This document shows, one piece after another, positions 1 through 6,060 of a stretch of DNA of 18,765 nucleotides. The stretch's first letter is position 1; the number at the start of each line of letters is the position of its first letter. Origin of the DNA: Planctomycetota bacterium. Its GTDB lineage: Bacteria; Planctomycetota; Phycisphaerae; SM23-33. Below the pieces are notes generated by a model that saw only the letters and a program-made list of their open reading frames with translations, did not search any database and was not told where the DNA came from. The position numbers were made by a program, and so were the translations under genes. The stretch is from positions 1 through 18,765 of the forward strand of contig JACRIL010000061.1 of the NCBI GenBank assembly GCA_016235825.1, in the 5' to 3' direction.

Positions 1-70
1 CGCGAGGCCGACTGATCTGCTCGGCTTCTCGAACAAGTAGTCGTTACAGGTCCTGTAACCGACGCAGACC

Positions 71-289
71 TTACCGACGGATATGACTGGTAAAACCACA
101 GTCTGTTGCGATAGGGGGAGCTAACCGTCTACCCCCCTTAATATATTTAAGACTCGCCATCAAAAGCACTTGGATTATGATAAGTGCTATTATTGGTTTT
201 TTTGTGAACATCTCAAAAATAACACGTTTCGATATTAACTTATATGTCTCTTTTTCGGTCTTGTATTTTTTGATAAAACATCCTAACAT
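71..289 (-). CDS. Hypothetical small protein (72 aa) with one predicted TM helix (PIIALIIIQVLLMASL). Most of it lies in the AT-rich island and uses AT-rich codons, unlike all other genes here.
   Basis: ORF track. ATG at 287-289 has only a weak, closely spaced AGGA upstream. Codon usage (AAA/ATA/TTT) is atypical for the window, and the ORF crosses the island boundary into GC-rich DNA, so it may be spurious. Confidence 0.2.
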   Translation of the reverse strand: MLGCFIKKYKTEKETYKLISKRVIFEMFTKKPIIALIIIQVLLMASLKYIKGGRRLAPPIATDCGFTSHIRR

Positions 290-354
290 GATCCTGTAGC
301 CTTTATATAATTTATCTTCTTCTTCATCAGTCCCATTCCAACCTCAGTAACAAC

Positions 355-384
355 ATTATACCAATCCATTATGTTTTTTGTCAA
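355..384 (-). promoter_or_regulatory. Near-consensus sigma70-type promoter with extended -10, reading on the minus strand: TTGACA (379-384) - 18 nt - TGGTATAAT (355-363); predicted TSS about 347.
   Basis: Read directly from the reverse complement. Both hexamers match consensus 6/6 and a TGn extended -10 is present. Even in AT-rich DNA this is unlikely by chance (my rough estimate <1e-2 for the island). Confidence 0.45.
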
Positions 385-710
385 GTCTTTATAATAATAT
401 TTACCTCTTTAACGACTTATAATATTTTACCCAAAAGTAAAGATGTCTTCTTTTACCGACTGCGCCACTGGCAGACGATCCAGAATTCCGGGATGCCCCG
501 GCCGACTTGTCCTGCGAAGCCTTGGCGAAGCGGGATTATCTCGGCAGATTCATTCATCCGTTTTGGGATAAGGTTATGCGAGGTCAAGGTAGTTGTTTAT
601 CAACAGCGGGGAAATGGTTTGTCGAAAATACTCAGCTAGGGCGTTCCATGATCCGGGCACGTCTGCCGTGGCGCAAACGCACATTTTTACATCTTTGAAA
701 GGCGACTGTA

Positions 711-759
711 CCCCGGGCTTTGCTGAGGACGGCAAGAGCCGTCCTCAGCACGCCCGGGG
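711..759. other. Long, nearly perfect stem-loop: ccccgggc-tt-tgctgaggacgg / caagag / ccgtcctcagca-c-gcccgggg. About 20 bp of pairing with one small bulge and a 6-nt loop.
   Basis: Seen directly: 721-732 is the exact reverse complement of 739-750, and 711-718 of 752-759. No clean U-tract follows on either strand, so it is not a canonical intrinsic terminator. Confidence 0.5.
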
Positions 760-1126
760 CTACTGTCTTCCGGCCCTGCGGGCCTCGCTAGCGGTCTCAA
801 TGGTTCCGCAAGGTTTCATGAATTTGTTTAATTTGCGGGTAACGACAAAGGCAATCCTCTGAGAATCGACTGCAAGTATACGGACTGGTCAGCGACGAAC
901 TGAACGCCGCTATTTTCCGATGCACCTTAACAGATGTGAGAATGGGTCCCGACTTCGCCAAGGCTTCCGCCTTCGCTAAAACTACGGCGGACAAGACGCC
1001 GGACAAGTCCTGCCTGCAACTCTAAGAACAGAAAAATGCAGGCGAGACGTCCGCACCACAAGATGGCGATACATTGTCTGGTTTCCCCCTGTAACTGACC
1101 CGTTTCCAATCATTGCCGGAAGGGCA

Positions 1127-1160
1127 TTGACACGGGCGGGCGGTTTTTGGACGATACTAT
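1127..1160 (+). promoter_or_regulatory. Candidate csp promoter: TTGACA (1127-1132) with a weak -10 (GATACT 1153-1158 or TACTAT 1155-1160), spacing 20-22 nt, so poor.
   Basis: Hexamer search upstream of cspA. The -35 is perfect but the spacing and -10 are sub-optimal, so this is speculative. A GGAGG Shine-Dalgarno sits 9 nt before the ATG at 1233. Confidence 0.15.
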
Positions 1161-1232
1161 CGGCGGCGGCCAGGGACGGACCGGCCTGCGAAACCGGAAC
1201 GGAAGGCGGCAACATTTTGGAGGACTTACAAA

Positions 1233-1451
1233 ATGCCGACAGGAACGGTCAAGTGGTTTAACAACACTAAGGGCTGGGGTTTTCTGAAAGGCGACGACGG
1301 AGTCGAGTTGTTCGCCCATTACAGCGACGTGGCCGGCGACGGGTTCAGGAGCCTTTCAGCCGGCGAAAAGGTGCAGTACGAGGTCGAGCAGGGGCCCAAG
1401 GGCGCCAAGGCAGTCAAGATAACGCGATTGGAACAGGAAGGTTCAGGATAA
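1233..1451 (+). CDS. cspA: Cold-shock protein, CspA family (single S1-like cold-shock domain, 72 aa)
   Basis: Translation MPTGTVKWFNNTKGWGFL...VEL has the RNP1-like KGFGFI-type motif (KGWGFL) and the VFAHYS / FRSLSEGEKV pattern typical of CspA-family proteins. A strong GGAGG RBS precedes the ATG. A roughly 370-nt ORF-free leader lies upstream. Confidence 0.95.
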   Translation: MPTGTVKWFNNTKGWGFLKGDDGVELFAHYSDVAGDGFRSLSAGEKVQYEVEQGPKGAKAVKITRLEQEGSG

Positions 1452-1452
1452 G

Positions 1453-2883
1453 ATGGCGCATATCAGGACGAAAATAGTGGCCACTATCGGCCCGGCCAGC
1501 GAATCGCCGGAGATTTTGCGGGAATTGATACGAGCCGGCTGCGACGTGTTCAGGCTGAATTTTTCTCACGGCCTGCACGAGGAGCATCTCAAGCGGCTCA
1601 ACACAATCCGGCAGGCAGAAAAAGAGCTTGGCGAGCCGGTGGCGGTGATGGCCGACCTGTGCGGCCCCAAGATAAGGGTCGGCACAATCGCCGGCGGCAA
1701 GGTGCAGCTCATGGCGGGCCGGTCCATCACGATCCAGCGCCAGCCCATCGAGGGAAACGACCAGCGCATCTCGACCAGCCTGGACGAACTGATCGACACG
1801 GCCCAGCCCGGCCAGACCATCCTGATCGACGACGGCAAGATCCTGCTGGAAGTGGAGCGGGTAAATCCGCCAGACGAGATCACGTGCAGGATCGCCGTCG
1901 GCGGGACGATGTCCAGCGGCAAGGGGGTCAACCTGCCGCACACGAACCTGAGCCTGTCGGCCCTGACTGAAAAGGACATCCGCGACCTGGAGTTCATCAC
2001 GAAGCACGATTTCGATTACGTGGCCCTTTCGTTCGTCCGCAGGCCGGAGGACATTCAGGCTTTGCGGGACAGGCTCAATGCCGCATCGTGCCCGGCCCAC
2101 ATAGTCGCCAAGATCGAAAAGCCCCAGGCCCTGGATCACATCCGCGCTATCGTCGAGCTGACCGACGCGGTGATGGTCGCGCGGGGCGATCTGGGCGTGG
2201 AGATGGACCTGCCGGCGGTGCCTGTGGTCCAGAAGAAGATCGCCTGGCTGTGCCAGCGGGCGGGCAAGCCCTGCATCGTGGCCACGCAGATGCTCGAAAG
2301 CATGACAACCTGCCCGACGCCGACTCGGGCCGAGGTCTCCGACGTGGCCAACGCCGTCCTGGACCACACCGACGCGGTGATGCTGTCGGGCGAGACGGCA
2401 GTCGGAAAATATCCGGTCGAGACCGTCGGCATGATGAACCGGATCGTAAGCGAGATACAGGACTTTCACGATCTGACCGCCAGGCCGGCCCGCGTTGAAC
2501 TGACAAACGCCCCGACGGAAGCGGCAATCGCGGCGGCGGTAGGCGAGATACTGGCGGTGGACGACATATCGGCGGTGGCGGTCTTTTCGGCCACCGGCGC
2601 AACGGCCAGAATGCTCGCCAAACACCGGCTCAGCAAGCCGATCCTGGGTCTTTCGCCCGATCTGCGCGCGGTACGCCGGATGTGCCTTTATTACGGCGTC
2701 AGCGCGGTCGCGGTTCAGACGCCCCGGCATACCGGCGACGTGCTGGAACTTGCGACGCAACTGGCGCTGAAACTTGGCATGGCTGAGCCGGGCCAGAAGA
2801 TGGTGGTTGTTACAGGCCGGCCAATCGGCAAACCCGGCGCGGCCAACAGCCTCGTGATCCATCAGATACCAGCTCCGGCATGA
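1453..2883 (+). CDS. pyk: Pyruvate kinase (476 aa)
   Basis: N-terminus MAHIRTKIVATIGPASESPEILRELIRAGCDVFRLNFSHG and the internal MVARGDLGVE and IVATQMLESM motifs are diagnostic of pyruvate kinase. The ATG is 1 nt after the cspA stop (TAA-g-ATG). Confidence 0.95.
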   Translation: MAHIRTKIVATIGPASESPEILRELIRAGCDVFRLNFSHGLHEEHLKRLNTIRQAEKELGEPVAVMADLCGPKIRVGTIAGGKVQLMAGRSITIQRQPIEGNDQRISTSLDELIDTAQPGQTILIDDGKILLEVERVNPPDEITCRIAVGGTMSSGKGVNLPHTNLSLSALTEKDIRDLEFITKHDFDYVALSFVRRPEDIQALRDRLNAASCPAHIVAKIEKPQALDHIRAIVELTDAVMVARGDLGVEMDLPAVPVVQKKIAWLCQRAGKPCIVATQMLESMTTCPTPTRAEVSDVANAVLDHTDAVMLSGETAVGKYPVETVGMMNRIVSEIQDFHDLTARPARVELTNAPTEAAIAAAVGEILAVDDISAVAVFSATGATARMLAKHRLSKPILGLSPDLRAVRRMCLYYGVSAVAVQTPRHTGDVLELATQLALKLGMAEPGQKMVVVTGRPIGKPGAANSLVIHQIPAPA

Positions 2884-4661
2884 CGAACGATTCGCCCGTA
2901 ATTTTCACGTCGGACCATGCGGACAGAAATCGGCCTGCGGCTGATCGGCTGGCCGCGTTCCTGTGCATCGCCGGGGCGCTGGGGGCCGCGAGCATGGCTT
3001 TTCTCAGCAACGGATTCTATCAGGACGACGACATCGTCCACTACAAATTCGCCAGTCAGGCATTTTCCGATCCGGCCAGCGCGCTGCATCTGTGGGGCAG
3101 GCCGGGATACACGCTGCTTGCCGCGCCGGCCGCGAAGCTGGGCGGCATGTCCGGTTGCCGCGCGTTGAGCGTGATGTTGACCGCTCTGACGGCATGGATG
3201 TCCTACGCAATCGCCCGGCGGATTTATACGCCTTCGGGCCGGAGGATACTGCTGCTGGCGTTTGCGCCGCTGCTGGTCTGGCTTGGGCCGGTGAACATGA
3301 CGCTGGCTGTCACGAGCCTGACTGAGACGGCGGCGATGTTTTACATGACCGCGGCGGTCCTGCTTTATCTTCGCGGCCGGCCGATTGCGGCATGTGCGGT
3401 AATGAGCCTTGCGATAATCAGCAGGTACGAGTTGCTGGTCCTGGGCGGATTGCTGCTGGCCGGCGCGGTGGTCCGTGCATATGGGCAATCCGGCGGTTTA
3501 CTGGGGCGAACGGCTGTTAACTGGCGTCTGTGGTCTGCCGGCCTGGCGCTGTTGTGGGCGCCGGCGGCGTACGTTCTGGCGGCATGGTTGATGGGACTGC
3601 CGGATTGCTGCTCTCCGCTGGGACTTTTTGCAAAGTCGTTTACCGAGGAATACGGCAGGGGAAGCTGGCATCATTTCATCGACCGATGGTTTGTCGCGGC
3701 GGGGGCCGGGACGGTCGCCCTTGCGATAGCAGGCATGATCGCAACCGGCAGGCGAGGCTGGCCGGTCTGGTCGATGGCCGGCGGGCTGGTTGTGCTGCAT
3801 ACGGCGATCTTCATGGTTGGGATGTTCGAGTCGGGCGGATATGCGAGATTTCTCGTTCCGGCCGGCGGGCTTACGGCGGCGCTGGCGGCCTGCGGCATGG
3901 CGGCTGTGGCGGATTGCGGCAGAGAAGGTCAATGCGACCAATCCGCGTGCAACCCTGGCACGGCAGGCGTGCCGTGGCCTGACGGCAAGTTGCACGCCCT
4001 GCATACTGCCGTGATATTCGGCGTGTTGATAATTGCGGCGGCGCTGCCGCTGGCGGAATTCAATTTGCCGGCCTGGCTGTCGATGACGGGCGGCTGTCTG
4101 GCCGGACTGATGTTTGCCGGCCTGATCGCGTCGCTGCGGGCCGGCTGGAAGAGCGGGGGCTGGGCCGTTGGAAACGCCGCCGTCGCGGCGGCGGGGCTGA
4201 TTACGATTATTCAATTCGCCTGCCTGGTTCGTCCGCTGCGGCTCGATCCGATTGACTCCGCTGTGGCGGATGTTCCTATCCGCAATCTGCCCAAGGGCAG
4301 CATTGTGCCGGTCAATGACGTCGTGCTTTCGGCCCCGCTATATGTGCCAGAGCGGATAATGAACGCTGCGATAAGCCGGGCCGATCTGGAGATTCAGGGG
4401 CGGGACATTGCGGGCCGGCCTGTGATGGCGATGCATCCTCTGGTCTGGTTTTATCATCCGAAAACGGAATATTGCGGCAGCAAAGAGCAGGCGGCAGACA
4501 TATGGCGACAGGCCGCACAAGGCACGTTTTTTTTCTGGGATTCCAAATACGGCGGCGCTGCCGATGGCCGGCTTTATCAGGCTCTCAATCAATATGGGGA
4601 ACGCCTGCTGAGGGTTCAGACCGGCCAGGCGGTCTGTGAAGTATTTGTCAGGAAAAAATGA
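2880..4661 (+). CDS. Polytopic inner-membrane protein (593 aa, at least 12 predicted TM helices) with a GT-C-type glycosyltransferase-like layout (PMT/ArnT/PimE-like). It has an acidic FYQDDDIVHY motif in the first extracytoplasmic loop and a roughly 120-aa C-terminal soluble domain.
   Basis: ORF track. Hydrophobicity pattern read by eye. The DD/DE motif directly after TM1 is characteristic of GT-C enzymes. The start overlaps the pyk stop by 4 nt (ATGA), suggesting translational coupling. The family assignment is inference; no domain search was run. Confidence 0.5.
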   Translation: MTNDSPVIFTSDHADRNRPAADRLAAFLCIAGALGAASMAFLSNGFYQDDDIVHYKFASQAFSDPASALHLWGRPGYTLLAAPAAKLGGMSGCRALSVMLTALTAWMSYAIARRIYTPSGRRILLLAFAPLLVWLGPVNMTLAVTSLTETAAMFYMTAAVLLYLRGRPIAACAVMSLAIISRYELLVLGGLLLAGAVVRAYGQSGGLLGRTAVNWRLWSAGLALLWAPAAYVLAAWLMGLPDCCSPLGLFAKSFTEEYGRGSWHHFIDRWFVAAGAGTVALAIAGMIATGRRGWPVWSMAGGLVVLHTAIFMVGMFESGGYARFLVPAGGLTAALAACGMAAVADCGREGQCDQSACNPGTAGVPWPDGKLHALHTAVIFGVLIIAAALPLAEFNLPAWLSMTGGCLAGLMFAGLIASLRAGWKSGGWAVGNAAVAAAGLITIIQFACLVRPLRLDPIDSAVADVPIRNLPKGSIVPVNDVVLSAPLYVPERIMNAAISRADLEIQGRDIAGRPVMAMHPLVWFYHPKTEYCGSKEQAADIWRQAAQGTFFFWDSKYGGAADGRLYQALNQYGERLLRVQTGQAVCEVFVRKK

Positions 4662-4708
4662 TGGGAGGCCGAATTGAAGGTGCCGGATTCAACCGGACAA
4701 GCAATCCA

Positions 4709-5212
4709 TTACTCGATTCTGATGAATTCGACGGCGCCGGTCTGATCGTCCAGCAGGGCCGCAGTCGGATACGACGGATTTTTCGGATTATAAATGGCGC
4801 CGGGATTAATCATGCGAACGCCGCCCTGTTTCTCATCTCTCGTGCGGTGTGTGTGTCCGTGACACACATATTTCATTCCTTCCTCCTGCGCCAGTTGGGA
4901 TAAAAGAATCTGGTCGTCGCCGTGGGTTGCCCCAAGTTTTCCGCCGTTGCTCAACGATACAATCAGCGACCCGGCGTCGAAGTTGACGCCGCAGATTTCC
5001 GCGGTCTGCCGCAGTTCGTCAGCGTTCTTGTCCATGTTGCCGGCCACCGCATGGACGGGCAGGCCGGAAGAACCGAGCAGCCCGACGCATTCGCACGAGC
5101 CGATGTCTCCGCAGTGCACGATCATGCCGGCGCCGCGAGCCTTGAGAATCCCTATCGCTCGGCCAAGCCTTTTTATCCTGCCGTGGGTGTCGGATATGAT
5201 GCCGATTTTCAT
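4709..5212 (-). CDS. Calcineurin-like metallophosphoesterase, YfcE/MJ0936 family (167 aa)
   Basis: The ordered motifs D-T-H-G (ISDTHG), GDI (HCGDIG), GNMD and HGHTH are the metallophosphoesterase signature. The size fits the YfcE family. Confidence 0.85.
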   Translation of the reverse strand: MKIGIISDTHGRIKRLGRAIGILKARGAGMIVHCGDIGSCECVGLLGSSGLPVHAVAGNMDKNADELRQTAEICGVNFDAGSLIVSLSNGGKLGATHGDDQILLSQLAQEEGMKYVCHGHTHRTRDEKQGGVRMINPGAIYNPKNPSYPTAALLDDQTGAVEFIRIE

Positions 5213-5282
5213 CGCGGCCGCATCCTGATCTGTTTTTGGTCAATACGAACCATCGGAAATATGCGCCAGAAGATTGTGTCTT

Positions 5283-6044
5283 TTAAAAACTGTCCGACCG
5301 GATGTCATCCTGTTCAGCCGCCGTGTCCTGTTGGCTGCCGAACCTGCCGTCCCGTCCGGGCGAGATTATGATCGGCGCCGATTTGGTGTCCCTGTTCAGC
5401 CGCCATCTGGCAGGCAGATGAGGAGGCGGGGCGTCGCGCTCGCTCGGGTGGGGCGAACTGGTGCAGATATACTGCCTTCCCTGATAGGTTACGATCGAAG
5501 CGGGATTGTACAGGCCCGAATCGGCCCATTCCGGCGGGGGCTGGGAAATCTTCAACTGGTACCGCATGACGTTGCCGTATCCGTCGCGAACAGGCTCGTT
5601 TCTTCCCGGCCAGGCCGCTTCCGAAAGGCGCAAAAGTTTTTCCTGACAGCGGGAATATTTCCAGTCGGCTGTGCCGCCGGGGCAGTAGCCGTAAAGGGCG
5701 TTGATAAGTTCCTGCCCGCTCTTGTCGGGATTGCCGCCGTCTGATCTGTCCGTGTCGGGCGGCCATGCGGTGTTGTCGTGGTAATACGCCCGAATGGCCT
5801 GAATGAGGATGTCCTGGTTGTGTGCGGTCTGCCTTATCGCCAGGTCGTCAATCAGCAGGCTTGACATTTGGCTCAGGAAATAGAGCAGGACGGAAAGGAG
5901 GATCATCACCACGATCAGCTCGATCAGGGTAAAGGCCCGCGCCCCGGCCTTTGCCGCTGAAACAGCGAGGCGAACAGCGGCCGGGTAAACCGGCCGGCAA
6001 TTCCCAGATCGTGCGTTTCGCCCGGTCGAAGTATTTGAAGCCAT
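5283..6044 (-). CDS. gspG: Type II secretion/type IV pilus pseudopilin, GspG-like (253 aa), with a prepilin-type N-terminal cleavage/methylation segment (…KAGARA|FTLIELIVVMILLSVLL…, Glu at +5)
   Basis: Class III signal-peptide-like segment FTLIELIVV. Downstream AIRAYYHDNTAWP resembles the GspG ALDMYKLDNSRYP alpha-beta-loop signature. DGYGNVMRYQ and IISPGRDGRFGS resemble GspG DPWGNPYQY…LSPG…DG. ATG at 6042-6044 is preceded by GGAG. The leader before FTLIE is unusually long (about 37 aa). Confidence 0.8.
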   Translation of the reverse strand: MASNTSTGRNARSGNCRPVYPAAVRLAVSAAKAGARAFTLIELIVVMILLSVLLYFLSQMSSLLIDDLAIRQTAHNQDILIQAIRAYYHDNTAWPPDTDRSDGGNPDKSGQELINALYGYCPGGTADWKYSRCQEKLLRLSEAAWPGRNEPVRDGYGNVMRYQLKISQPPPEWADSGLYNPASIVTYQGRQYICTSSPHPSERDAPPPHLPARWRLNRDTKSAPIIISPGRDGRFGSQQDTAAEQDDIRSDSF

Positions 6045-6060
6045 GCCGGCAGCGCTCCGA

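Noticed and set aside
330-375. 28-codon minus-strand ORF (MDWYNVVTEVGMGLMKKKINYIKATGSC) starting inside the promoter spacer
   Set aside because: Its ATG lies between the -35 and -10 hexamers, upstream of the predicted TSS, so it would not be on the transcript. The shorter 17-codon uORF downstream of the TSS is noted in the findings instead.
507-862. ORFs 507..698 (+, TTG start, 63 aa) and 593..862 (+, 89 aa) between the AT island and the csp leader
   Set aside because: Weak starts, no RBS and no recognisable motifs. The second one runs straight through the 20-bp hairpin at 711-759, which is more plausibly a non-coding structure.
797-1319. Cluster of mutually overlapping short minus-strand ORFs (797..1006, 927..1109, 982..1215, 1110..1319) in the csp upstream region
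   Set aside because: They overlap one another in different frames, are antisense to the csp leader and start, and have no RBS or motifs. This is consistent with a non-coding 5' UTR.
1414-2862. 482-aa ORF antisense to pyruvate kinase (and a nested 144-aa ORF at 1566..2000)
   Set aside because: The reading frame is Arg/Ala/Gly/Pro-rich, which is typical of antisense frames in high-GC DNA. The pyk frame on the plus strand has unmistakable motifs and there is no RBS. GC-driven artefact.
2862-4214. Minus-strand ORFs 2862..3488 (208 aa) and 3498..4214 (238 aa), plus plus-strand 3530..3982, inside the GT-C membrane-protein gene
   Set aside because: Arg/Gln/Pro-rich nonsense frames. The plus-strand frame 2880..4661 gives a coherent polytopic membrane protein with translational coupling to pyk.
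4676-4696. tRNA-like T-arm fragment (ccggattcaaccgg) and a general tRNA/tmRNA scan of the window
   Set aside because: The loop has G where the universally conserved C56 should be, with no acceptor, D or anticodon arms nearby. No GGTTCGAATCC / GGTTCAARTCC-type motifs were found anywhere by eye, so I conclude no tRNA is present. A covariance-model scan was not possible.
5274-5766. ORFs 5274..5744 (+) and 5314..5766 (-) overlapping the pseudopilin gene
   Set aside because: Alternative frames of the GspG-like gene. The 5283..6044 frame carries the FTLIELIVV class III signal and GspG signature motifs.
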